DNA of 64,000 bases. Origin: an uncultured Gemmatimonadales bacterium (lineage in GTDB: Bacteria; Gemmatimonadota; Gemmatimonadetes; Gemmatimonadales; GWC2-71-9). Shown piece by piece: positions 23,994 to 31,814 of the stretch. The DNA lies in NCBI GenBank assembly GCA_963825055.1, contig CAWGSK010000034.1:128001-192000 (forward strand). Direction: 5' to 3'. The notes under the pieces were generated by a model. It ran no database searches. It was not told the origin of the DNA and saw only the letters and a program-made list of their open reading frames with translations. The stretch's first letter is position 1; each line of letters begins with the position of its first letter. A program made the position numbers and the translations under genes.

Positions 23994-24456
23994 CGCGCTT
24001 CACCTTTCGACCCCCGGCCTTCGACTTCCGGTTGCCCACCGCCGGCTTTCCCGCTGCCATCCGGTCCACGCACTGCCCGATCATCCTGCGGAGCACATCC
24101 CGGTCCACATCGTCGAGCCGTTTGAGGTAGAGGCAGGACTTGCCGGTCCGGTGCGGCCCGAGCTGTTTCCGGAGTGCGTCCATCCCGCCGAAGCCGCTGA
24201 TGAGGTACAGGGTGAGTTCCTTCGCCCTGGGCGAGAATCCCACCTGGAACCACTCGCCGCTTCGCCCGCTCGGGGACTCGTAATGCCAGTCGCCGAAGCC
24301 GACGATCGAATCTCCCCACATGCGGGCTGGACAGCCGGTGGAGGCGCGCATCAACTTCGCCACCTCCCGGCACTCGCGACGGCGGTCCGGGTCTTCGATC
24401 GCGTTGATGAACGCCGTGGCGCTCGCGGTGGTCTTTTGCGTCTTGTTGGTGGACAT
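23980..24456 (-). CDS. DUF1801-domain protein
   Basis: KTQKT.AS, MWGDSIVGFG, GFSPR, GKSCLYLKRLDDVD. Confidence 0.88.
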   Translation of the reverse strand: MSTNKTQKTTASATAFINAIEDPDRRRECREVAKLMRASTGCPARMWGDSIVGFGDWHYESPSGRSGEWFQVGFSPRAKELTLYLISGFGGMDALRKQLGPHRTGKSCLYLKRLDDVDRDVLRRMIGQCVDRMAAGKPAVGNRKSKAGGRKVKRDGRR

Positions 24457-24457
24457 T

Positions 24458-24485
24458 GAAGGTCGAAGGTCGAAGGTCGGAGGTC
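24458..24485. repeat. (GAAGGTC)3-4 heptamer array directly upstream of the DUF1801 start
   Basis: GAAGGTC x3 plus GGAGGTC. Confidence 0.85.
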
Positions 24486-24543
24486 AGAACGCCAGGGCGG
24501 TTCCTGAAAAGCTTGACTCCTTCCGCCGGTTGTCAACCTTTGC

Positions 24544-24606
24544 GACACCCGACACCCGACACCCGACACCCGACACCCGACACCCGACACCCGACACCCG
24601 ACACCC
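24544..24606. repeat. (GACACCC)9 perfect heptamer array
   Basis: Nine exact units ending one base before ATG 24608. Confidence 0.95.
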
Positions 24607-24607
24607 G

Positions 24608-25198
24608 ATGAAACCACTCTTCTTCTCCACCCCCGGTCGCTTCCGTGCCTGGCTTCGCCGGCATCATGACTCACATGACGAGCTTCTGGTCGGGTTCTAC
24701 AAGGTCGGCTCCGGCCGTCCCAGCATGACGTGGCCCGAGTCGGTGGACGAGGCACTGTGCTTCGGCTGGATCGACGGGGTGCGCCGGAGCCTGGATGAGG
24801 AGAGCTACACGATTCGATTCACGCCAAGGCGGCCCGGCAGCACCTGGAGCGCGGTGAACATCCGCAAGGTCGAGGCGCTGATCTCGGCGGGGAGGATGGA
24901 GGCGCCGGGGCTCGCGCGCTGGAAGGAGCGGGAGGAAGGGAATTCGAGAATCTACTCCTACGAGCAGCGCCGGGGGGCCACGCTCGAGGGAGATGCGCTC
25001 GAGGCGATCCAGTCCGTCCCGAATGCCTGGGCGTATTTTCAGTCCCAGCCACCCTGGTACCGCCGTACCGCGAGCTTCTGGGTAACGTCTGCCAGGAAAC
25101 CCGAGACACGCCAGCGGCGCCTGGAGACGCTGATCGCGGACTCGGCGGCCGGCCGGCCGATCAAGCCGCTGGCCCGGCCCGCACGCCGGAAGAAATAG
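24608..25198 (+). CDS. YdeI/OmpD-associated (bacteriocin-protection) family protein
   Basis: SVDEALCFGWIDG, RFTPRRPGSTWS, WVTSARKPETR. Confidence 0.88.
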   Translation: MKPLFFSTPGRFRAWLRRHHDSHDELLVGFYKVGSGRPSMTWPESVDEALCFGWIDGVRRSLDEESYTIRFTPRRPGSTWSAVNIRKVEALISAGRMEAPGLARWKEREEGNSRIYSYEQRRGATLEGDALEAIQSVPNAWAYFQSQPPWYRRTASFWVTSARKPETRQRRLETLIADSAAGRPIKPLARPARRKK

Positions 25199-25206
25199 CG
25201 ACCGGA

Positions 25207-25293
25207 CTACTCAACCACTCCACGACTCAACGACTCAACCACTCTACCACTCGACCACTCCGACACCCGACACCCGACACCCGACCGTCGACC
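25207..25293. repeat. Composite array of about seven 8-bp units followed by (CGACACC)3
   Basis: CTACTCAA CCACTCCA CGACTCAA CGACTCAA CCACTCTA CCACTCGA CCACTC, then CGACACC x3. Confidence 0.85.
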
Positions 25294-25297
25294 TCCC

Positions 25298-25843
25298 TCA
25301 CGAACACCCCTCCACGTACTCCACCGCTGGCCGCCTGCCGGCTCTGTAGCGTGTCACGACCGCGCCATCGGTCTCGAACACGAGCGCAAACGTGGTATCG
25401 TCCGGCGCCAGGACCGTGAGGTAGTGCCACTCCGGGCCGCCGTATTTGTGCGGGGTCTGCCGGACGGCGTCTCCGTACAGGTTCCGGATCTGCTCCTCGG
25501 TGTTGCCGAGTCCTGCCCCGTCGACCGTGAGCACGCCGGGAACATCCACGTCCACCCGCTCGACGGTGTCTGCGACGACCATGAGTTCCACGCCGTCGGG
25601 GAATGATGCCGGGTCGACATAGGCGCAGTCGCCGCCCGGGTCATAGGCGGGGGCGAGGCTGTCGTGCAGGGTGGCGTTGAGCTGCCGGACTGTCCACCCG
25701 AAGCGTACCGGGCCGGCCTGGTGCGCGCTGATGACGGGCGCCGCCGGGGGCGTCGCGGCCGATGCCGCCTTGTCGGCGTCCTGGTGCCCGCTGCAGCCGG
25801 GCAGCAGGGCGGGGAGGAGGAGAAGAAGGACGTGTAGACGCAT
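25298..25843 (-). CDS. Hypothetical lipoprotein
   Basis: GGAG RBS; lipobox LPGC; PHKY motif; C-terminal YVEGCS. Confidence 0.7.
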   Translation of the reverse strand: MRLHVLLLLLPALLPGCSGHQDADKAASAATPPAAPVISAHQAGPVRFGWTVRQLNATLHDSLAPAYDPGGDCAYVDPASFPDGVELMVVADTVERVDVDVPGVLTVDGAGLGNTEEQIRNLYGDAVRQTPHKYGGPEWHYLTVLAPDDTTFALVFETDGAVVTRYRAGRRPAVEYVEGCS

Positions 25844-25911
25844 GAGTATGGTCTCCGGAATGGCGGCCGGCCCACTTGCGCACCCCGGCCGTGTCGAAGT
25901 AACCTGAACGC

Positions 25912-26106
25912 TCAGCCCGATGTTCCACCCCAACCGAGGAGGTGATCCATTGTCCAGTGACAGTAGCATTCGAGGCTCGACCAGGGCAAACGATCGCCTG
26001 GCCGGCTGCTAGACACCTCGGAGACGAGTCGGTTGTCCGCCGTAACCAGCGCGGATCGTCTCGAGCTTCGTATGCCAGGATCGCGCCGTCCGACACCATG
26101 TCGGGC
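25912..26106 (+). ncRNA. Candidate structured RNA and/or 20-codon small ORF (25950-26012) with an extended Shine-Dalgarno
   Basis: Promoter TTGCGC-18 nt-TAACCT (25876-25905); AGGAGGTGATCCA (25937-25949); nested pairings CAACCGA/TCGGTTG, GAGGTG/CACCTC, AGTAGC/GCTGCT, CCAGG/CCTGG. Confidence 0.5.
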
Positions 26107-26125
26107 GGCGCGTCGTATATAAGAC

Positions 26126-26878
26126 ATGGCCGCCACTCTCCCACCCTACTGGCGCGACACCCGCGCCCCCCGCTACAGCGTCCTCTTCGCGCTGCCGTTG
26201 CTCGCGCTGTACGAGCTGCTCGCCTTCGTTCTCTCGCACGACGCGATCCGCGGGGTCCGGAACGGCGCCGACGTCCTTCTCAAGAGCGTGTTCATCATGG
26301 CCGGGGGAAGGCGCGGTGTGGCGGCCTTCGGTATCCTCCTGGTCGGGACGGCGGTGGTGCTGGTCGTGCGGGACTGGCGCGCCCACGGGCCACCGCGTCC
26401 GGCCCGGTTCGTCGGCATGATGGCCGAGAGCATCGTGTATGGCCTGGCGTTCGGGCTGGTCGCCGGGGTATTGACCAATCTCCTCCTCAACGGCCCCCGC
26501 GCCCTCATGCTGGTCCAGGAGCAGGGCGGCACCGCCATGAGCCGGCTCCCGGTTCCCTCGCAACTCATGGTATCGCTGGGTGCGGGCATTTACGAGGAGC
26601 TGCTCTTCCGGGTCATGCTGGTGGGAGGCCTGGCCTGGCTGGGACGTAAATGGGGGTGGCGTCCGCCGGCGGCGGGCGTCTTCGCCACGCTGGTGGGGGC
26701 GCTCATCTTCTCGGCGTTTCACTACATCGGCCCGTACGGCGATCCGCTCGAGCTCTCCAGCTTCACCTTCCGCGCGATTGCCGGGGTCCTGTTCAGCGGG
26801 CTCTACCTGCTGCGGGGCTTCGGGGTCACGGCATGGACGCACGCGCTATATGACGTGTTCCTGACGCTGGGATTCTAG
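26126..26878 (+). CDS. CPBP (CAAX/Abi) family glutamic-type intramembrane protease
   Basis: YEELLFR, FSAFHY and HALYD motifs; multiple TM helices. Confidence 0.88.
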   Translation: MAATLPPYWRDTRAPRYSVLFALPLLALYELLAFVLSHDAIRGVRNGADVLLKSVFIMAGGRRGVAAFGILLVGTAVVLVVRDWRAHGPPRPARFVGMMAESIVYGLAFGLVAGVLTNLLLNGPRALMLVQEQGGTAMSRLPVPSQLMVSLGAGIYEELLFRVMLVGGLAWLGRKWGWRPPAAGVFATLVGALIFSAFHYIGPYGDPLELSSFTFRAIAGVLFSGLYLLRGFGVTAWTHALYDVFLTLGF

Positions 26879-26883
26879 ATATT

Positions 26884-26950
26884 CGAAGGTCGAAGGTCGA
26901 AGGTCGAAGTGGTCTCGGAGCGATGCCCCACAGCCCTTCGACTTTCGACC
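26884..26950. repeat. Inverted heptamer arms between convergent genes
   Basis: (CGAAGGT)3 CGAAG, spacer, then CCTTCGA CTTTCGA CC. Confidence 0.8.
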
Positions 26951-27609
26951 TACTTCGCAGTCTTCGCCGTGTAGATGGAATCCAGGATCCTGGAGAATGG
27001 CTGCACCGGCACGGCCCCCACCAGCAGTCCCCCCTCGATGTAGAACGTCGGCGTGCTGTTGGCGCCGGCCCGGGCTGCTCCCTCGGCGTCCCGCTTCACG
27101 ATGGCCAGGCCCTCGCCATTTTCGAGGCAGGTCCGGAGCGAGGCGCGCGGCAGCTTGATGCTGTCCGCCAGGGACAGCAGGTACGGCGTGGGATCATCGA
27201 GCTTCGCCCAGTCATCCTGGTGCTGGTAGATGAGGTCGTGGATCGGCCAGAACCGGTTCTGCTGCGCCGCGCACATCGCGAATTCGGCAGCGGCCACCGC
27301 ATTGGGGTGCAGCGAGGTGATCGGGAAGTTGACGAACACCCAGCGCACCTTGCCCGTCTCGACAAAACGCTTCTCCAGCGTGGGGAACGTCTCCACCGCG
27401 TGCTGTCGGCAGTACGGGCACTGGAAGTCGCTCATCTCGTAGACCGTGACCGGTGCCGCGGCCGAGCCCTTGGAGCGCTGGTTGAGCATGTTGCCGGTGG
27501 TGTCGAGCGGTGTGACCGGACCGGCGCCGGGGCGGAAGCCACCCACGCGCGGAAGGACAAGCAGCACCGCAGCGAGCGATAACGCACCGGTGAAAAGGAT
27601 TCGACGCAT
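26950..27609 (-). CDS. DsbA-family thiol-disulfide oxidoreductase
   Basis: SDFQCPYC; STPTF cis-Pro loop; N-terminal anchor. Confidence 0.9.
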   Translation of the reverse strand: MRRILFTGALSLAAVLLVLPRVGGFRPGAGPVTPLDTTGNMLNQRSKGSAAAPVTVYEMSDFQCPYCRQHAVETFPTLEKRFVETGKVRWVFVNFPITSLHPNAVAAAEFAMCAAQQNRFWPIHDLIYQHQDDWAKLDDPTPYLLSLADSIKLPRASLRTCLENGEGLAIVKRDAEGAARAGANSTPTFYIEGGLLVGAVPVQPFSRILDSIYTAKTAK

Positions 27610-27638
27610 GGACATCCCGACGGAAAGGGTCACCTGCA

Positions 27639-27666
27639 CGACTCAACGACTCAACGATAAACGATT
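27639..27666. repeat. Short 8-bp repeat (CGACTCAA)2 plus degenerate units
   Basis: Same unit as at 603 and 25223. Confidence 0.6.
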
Positions 27667-27671
27667 CCCGA

Positions 27672-28418
27672 CTAGTATCTCGGCCTCCGCACCCCGTTCT
27701 CCGGCGTCAGTCGCACCGTGTCCCCGGTAACCGGGACATTCCAGTACCACTCGGCGTTGGGATCGGTTGCGTCCCAGGCGCGGACGTACACCCACCAGGG
27801 GCCACCCTTGAGGTGGAACGTGGCCCAGCCGCGGGCCCCGGTGGTCTGCTGCTCGGGCGTGAGTCCGGCGCGCTTCGCGGCGGCCTCCGTCGCCTGCTCA
27901 TAGCCGCGGAACGTAGTATCTTCCCATCGATCCACGTCACGTCGCAGGCTGTCGATGCGCGGGTTGGCACGGCGGCGGACACGGTCGAGCGTGTCGGTGA
28001 GGGCATGCAGCCGTTCGGCGATCGGCGGGAGCGAGTCATGCAGGGCGGTCACCGTCGCATAGATTTCACGGTACGGGTCGCTGTTGCGTGGCAGTGTGTC
28101 CAGCATGGCGTTGAGCGCGGAGAGTGTGTCCCGCAGCTGGCGCTCCGCCATGGTCACGCGCGCGAACGGGACGAACGCGTCGCGGAAGGCGTGGAAGACT
28201 GAATCGAGTTCCGCCTCGTGCGGGCGAGGCGTCGTGGCACCGGCTTCCATGGCGTCGATGATGCTGTCCCGGTCATACGGGAGCACCACAACTGGCAGGT
28301 CCGCGACGGGGGTCAGCTGGCTGTCCGGATCGGTGACCTGCACCTGCACCGCCAGGTCGCGTTGCGACCCGCAGGCGGCTGCGAGGCCCAGAAGGAGAAC
28401 GGACAGATATCGTGACAC
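27672..28418 (-). CDS. Hypothetical lipoprotein with a coiled-coil insert
   Basis: Lipobox AAAC; Trp-rich C-terminus (WWVY..EWYWNVPV). Confidence 0.7.
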   Translation of the reverse strand: MSRYLSVLLLGLAAACGSQRDLAVQVQVTDPDSQLTPVADLPVVVLPYDRDSIIDAMEAGATTPRPHEAELDSVFHAFRDAFVPFARVTMAERQLRDTLSALNAMLDTLPRNSDPYREIYATVTALHDSLPPIAERLHALTDTLDRVRRRANPRIDSLRRDVDRWEDTTFRGYEQATEAAAKRAGLTPEQQTTGARGWATFHLKGGPWWVYVRAWDATDPNAEWYWNVPVTGDTVRLTPENGVRRPRY

Positions 28419-29317
28419 GATCGGCTCGCTGGCTGAGGAGAGGGTGCTGGCCGGAATTCGCGAAAGCTATCGGACTGGCCCTCGCGGTACAATTCGCGGC
28501 CCGTGCCCTTCCGGCGCAGCAGGAGGGGATTACCGCGCTTTTCCCGGCGCAGCCCACCGGGTGGGTCACCGATGTGGCGGACATCATCGATCCCGCCAGC
28601 GAGCAGGCCGCCACGAGCATGATCCAGCGGCTGAAGGCGGCCACCGGGGCGGAAATCGCCGTCGTGACCCTTCCGACCATTGGCGACTATGCCCAGTCGG
28701 ACGTGGCCCTCCAGATCGGCCGGGCGTGGGGCGTGGGATCCCGGGCGGCGATCGGCGACCAGCAGCGCAATAACGGCGTGGTGCTGCTCCTGGTCCCCCG
28801 CCAGGGCGGCCGGGCCGGGACCGGGCGACTTTTCATCGCGACGGGCCAGGGTATCGAGGGAATGGTGACGGACGCGATGGCCGGCCGTGTCCGTGACCTG
28901 ATGCGGCCGGAGCTTTCCCGGGAAGCCTACGGCCCCGCCGTGGTGACCGGCGTCAACGCACTGTCGGCACTCATCGCCCGGGGGTATGGCATCAGCGATT
29001 CGGTGCTCCTGGCCGCCGAGCCGCAGGTCCGGCAGCGGGAGCGGGATGGTGGTGGGGCGGGCTGGGTCTTCATTGTGGTCGTAGTCGTGTTCATCATCAT
29101 TTCCGCCATCGGTCGGGGCGGTGGCGGGCGCGGCGGCCGGGGGAGGCGGAGCGGGCTGGGTGGTGCGCTCCCCTGGATCATCCTCGGGAACGTGCTGGGC
29201 AGCAGCGGGCGCGGGGGAGGAGGCTTCGGTGGTGGTGGTTTCGGGGGCGGGGGCGGCTTTGGAGGGTTCGGGGGAGGCGGAGGCTTCAGCGGCGGCGGCG
29301 CCGGGGGGAATTTCTGA
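28412..29317 (+). CDS. TPM-domain protein (YgcG-like) with a Gly-rich tail; start uncertain
   Basis: VTDVADII, EIAVVTLPT, WGVG..NNGVVLLL, GGGFSGGGAGG. A GAGGAG RBS plus GTG 28444 is one base out of frame. Confidence 0.88.
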   Translation: MTRSARWLRRGCWPEFAKAIGLALAVQFAARALPAQQEGITALFPAQPTGWVTDVADIIDPASEQAATSMIQRLKAATGAEIAVVTLPTIGDYAQSDVALQIGRAWGVGSRAAIGDQQRNNGVVLLLVPRQGGRAGTGRLFIATGQGIEGMVTDAMAGRVRDLMRPELSREAYGPAVVTGVNALSALIARGYGISDSVLLAAEPQVRQRERDGGGAGWVFIVVVVVFIIISAIGRGGGGRGGRGRRSGLGGALPWIILGNVLGSSGRGGGGFGGGGFGGGGGFGGFGGGGGFSGGGAGGNF

Positions 29318-30039
29318 TGCAGGCAGAAGTCGCGAGAATCGTGAATCCATTCCTCAAGGCGGCGGACACCAGGCTGCCGGCCGGGACCGGGATCCTGCTG
29401 TACGGGTCTGCCGCGCGGGGCGAGTACGTGCCCGGGCGTTCGGACGTGAACCTCATGGTGGTGCCACCGAAGGTGGATGCCACCTTCCTGGCCGCCCTGG
29501 CGGACAGCCTGCGGGACTGGGAACTGGAGCGCCAGCCTCCACCGCTGCTGCTGAGCCGGGAAGAGTTGTCGCGCGGCACCGATGTCTTCCCGATCGAAAT
29601 CACCGATATCAAGGTGGCGTACCAGGTGCTGAGGGGTGAGGATCCGGTCGTGGACCTCCGGGTGCGGCCATCCGACCTGCGGCGGGCCCTCGAGGGCGAG
29701 TTGCGCGGGAAACTGCTGCGGCTGCGACAGGCCTACGCGGCCTTCCGCGACAAGCCGGGCATGCTCGGCGTGACGGCCCAGGGCAGCATCCCCGTGATCC
29801 TGGTCCTGTTCCGGGGCGTGCTGTCCCTGCTGGGACGTGAAGTGCCGGACACGGGGGATGCCACCATTCGGGAGGCGACGACGGCACTTGGTGTGGATGG
29901 TGACCTGCTGCGCGACGTCCTGCGCCACCGGGCCGAGGCCGACTGGCCCCTGTCCGCAGAGCAGTTCGAACACTACATGGCCGCTCTCGAGCGGGCCGTG
30001 CGCAAGATCGACGAACTTCAACCCGGAGAATCCTCATGA
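29317..30039 (+). CDS. Nucleotidyltransferase-fold protein with a helical C-terminal domain
   Basis: LYGSAARGEY...SDVNL; DVFPIE; coupled to both neighbours. Confidence 0.75.
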   Translation: MQAEVARIVNPFLKAADTRLPAGTGILLYGSAARGEYVPGRSDVNLMVVPPKVDATFLAALADSLRDWELERQPPPLLLSREELSRGTDVFPIEITDIKVAYQVLRGEDPVVDLRVRPSDLRRALEGELRGKLLRLRQAYAAFRDKPGMLGVTAQGSIPVILVLFRGVLSLLGREVPDTGDATIREATTALGVDGDLLRDVLRHRAEADWPLSAEQFEHYMAALERAVRKIDELQPGESS

Positions 30040-30602
30040 GATCCCGCCTGGTCGCGGTTCCACTGCTGCTGGTGACGGCCCTGCTGTCCACGGGCTGCGG
30101 GTATAACCGCATGCAGACCCTCGATGAGCAGGTGAACAAGGCCAAGGGCAACATTCAGGCGCAGCTACAGCGCCGGGCCGACCTCATCCCCAACCTCGTG
30201 AACACGGTGAAGGGCTTCGCCGCGCAGGAACAGCAGGTGTTCACCGCGGTGGCGGATGCCCGCAGCCGCCTGGCCGGCGCGGTGCAGTCCGGCGATGTCG
30301 GGGCGATGGCCCAGGCCAACGCGGCGCTGAGCGCCCCGCTGGGCCGCCTGCTGGCGATTGCGGAGGCCTATCCCGAGCTCAAGAGCAACCAGAACTTCAT
30401 GCAGCTGCAGGACGAGTTGACCGGGACGGAGAACCGGATTTCCGTGGCGAGGCAGGACTACAACACCGCGGTCTCGGAATACAACTCCTATATCCGGCGG
30501 TTCCCGCAGAACCTGACCGCCAAGGTGTTCGGCATGAGCACCCAGAAGGAGTACTTCGAGGCCGAGCCCGGGGCCACGGAGGCACCGAAGGTCCAGTTCT
30601 GA
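30036..30602 (+). CDS. lemA: LemA-family protein
   Basis: GCGYN, QRRADLIPNLVNTVKG, EAYPELKSNQNF, ENRISVARQDYN. Confidence 0.95.
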   Translation: MRSRLVAVPLLLVTALLSTGCGYNRMQTLDEQVNKAKGNIQAQLQRRADLIPNLVNTVKGFAAQEQQVFTAVADARSRLAGAVQSGDVGAMAQANAALSAPLGRLLAIAEAYPELKSNQNFMQLQDELTGTENRISVARQDYNTAVSEYNSYIRRFPQNLTAKVFGMSTQKEYFEAEPGATEAPKVQF

Positions 30603-30617
30603 CGTGCCTGAGCGCAG

Positions 30618-30650
30618 AAGGCCCCCGCACCGGTCCGGTGCGGGGGCCTT
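30618..30650. terminator. Bidirectional hairpin terminator between lemA and the M23 gene
   Basis: AAGGCCCCCGCACCGG-T-CCGGTGCGGGGGCCTT perfect inverted repeat. Confidence 0.8.
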
Positions 30651-30668
30651 GTGTTGTGCGGTCGTTGG

Positions 30669-31592
30669 TCAGTCGACGATGGCGTCCGGCAGGATATACC
30701 GCTGGGGGTCCACCGGCCGGCCGTTCAGGATGACCTCATAATGCAGGTGCGGGGAGGTGGCCAGGCCCGTTGCGCCGACCCGGGCGATTTCCTCGCCCCG
30801 CGCCACGTGCTGTCCCTTCCGGACCAGGAGCTTGGAGGCGTGGGCATAGCGGGTGACCAGGCCGTAGCCGTGGTCAACCCGCACCGTGTTGCCGTAGCCG
30901 CTCTCCCAGCCGGCCCAGATCACGCGGCCGGCGGCCGCCGCGTGAATCGGCGAGCCTTTCGGCGCCATGATGTCCATGCCCTCGTGGGGGCGGGCCACGC
31001 CGAGGATGGGATGCATCCGCAGCATGGCGAAGCTGCTGGTGATGTACCCGTCGGTCGGCATGATGCTGGGCATCGCCTTCATCCGCTCGGTGTGGAGCGC
31101 GAGGCTGTCAGCGGCTTCCTCGTAGCTGGCGGCCAGCAGGTTCGCGCGCCGGATCATCGCGTTCAGGTCGACCCGGACGCGGGCCGTATTGTTGGGGAGC
31201 AGTGAATCGCGCCAGCTCCGGGCATTGTTGGCCATCAGCGGACCACCGATGCCGGCCTGCTGGACCGCGGGATCATTCGGCTCGAGGTTCGCGAGGAGAC
31301 GGATCTTCTCGTCGCGACGGGCGATGCGGCCCAGCGTGTCATTGAGCAGCGCCATCCGGGTGTGCAGGATGTCGATTTCGGAGATCAGCGCGGCATTCTC
31401 CCGGCTGAGCCGGTCGGCCGCGTTCAGGTTGGTGGCGCGCGTGAAGGTCGAATAGCCGAAGAGCAGCGCGAACAACACGACGGTGACCACGCTGGCCGCC
31501 ACGAGTTTCACGACGGTCTGCGAGATCTCCAGGACGCGCGAGGTGCCGGACCCGGGGGGCACGAACACCAGTGTCCAGCGACGTTTGGCCAT
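30669..31592 (-). CDS. M23-family metallopeptidase (peptidoglycan hydrolase) with TM and coiled coil
   Basis: HEGMD, YAH, GPH-like SPHLHYEV; start at MAKRRW. Confidence 0.92.
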   Translation of the reverse strand: MAKRRWTLVFVPPGSGTSRVLEISQTVVKLVAASVVTVVLFALLFGYSTFTRATNLNAADRLSRENAALISEIDILHTRMALLNDTLGRIARRDEKIRLLANLEPNDPAVQQAGIGGPLMANNARSWRDSLLPNNTARVRVDLNAMIRRANLLAASYEEAADSLALHTERMKAMPSIMPTDGYITSSFAMLRMHPILGVARPHEGMDIMAPKGSPIHAAAAGRVIWAGWESGYGNTVRVDHGYGLVTRYAHASKLLVRKGQHVARGEEIARVGATGLATSPHLHYEVILNGRPVDPQRYILPDAIVD

Positions 31593-31670
31593 GAAATCGA
31601 CTTCCCCTTGCTTAAGCGCACCGACGCAGGTGGTGATGTGGCACCGTTCCCCTGCGAAGTGCGCGACTAC

Positions 31671-31694
31671 AAAAAAACGGTGCGTAACACACCG
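31671..31694 (-). terminator. Intrinsic terminator upstream of the M23 start codon
   Basis: Minus strand CGGTGTG-TTA-CGCACCG followed by T7. Confidence 0.7.
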
Positions 31695-31739
31695 GATACA
31701 TACAAGAACCGTGCTGAGAGGAACAGCTGAGGCACGAAG

Positions 31740-31768
31740 AAGGTGGGCGCTGCCCCGGCCGATGTCAA
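31740..31768 (-). promoter_or_regulatory. Putative promoter
   Basis: Minus strand TTGACA-17 nt-CACCTT. Confidence 0.45.
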
Positions 31769-31814
31769 CCCTTTCCGGGCACGTGTAAGTGTCCAACTGT
31801 CAAATAGTTGGGGG

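Noticed and set aside
24320..24607. N-terminal extension of the YdeI/OmpD ORF (TPDTRHP repeats)
   Set aside because: Read-through of the 63-bp heptamer array and overlap with the divergent gene; the family-like sequence starts at ATG 24608.
23576..25293. CRISPR array
   Set aside because: Units are 7-8 bp with no unique spacers, and there are no cas genes.
25937..25949. Fragment of a 16S rRNA gene on the minus strand
   Set aside because: The match stops after 13 nt, and the flanks do not continue the conserved 16S sequence.
25981..26001. c-di-GMP-I riboswitch (AGGGCAAAC)
   Set aside because: Lacks the GAAA tetraloop stem and downstream GACGCAAA element.
25983..26012. tmRNA, suggested by the tag-like GCAAACGAT...ANDRLAGC*
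   Set aside because: No tRNA-like acceptor stem, T-loop or CCA end nearby, and the tag does not end in AA.
29205..29310. Low-complexity GGN repeats
   Set aside because: The normal Gly-rich tail of TPM-domain proteins.
29317..30039. MNT-HEPN toxin-antitoxin or CBASS cyclase
   Set aside because: No partner toxin or effector, a DxN rather than DxD motif, and a housekeeping-like TPM/LemA context.
31785..31810. IHF-like site (TGTCAAATAGTTG)
   Set aside because: A short degenerate match with one mismatch; insufficient alone.
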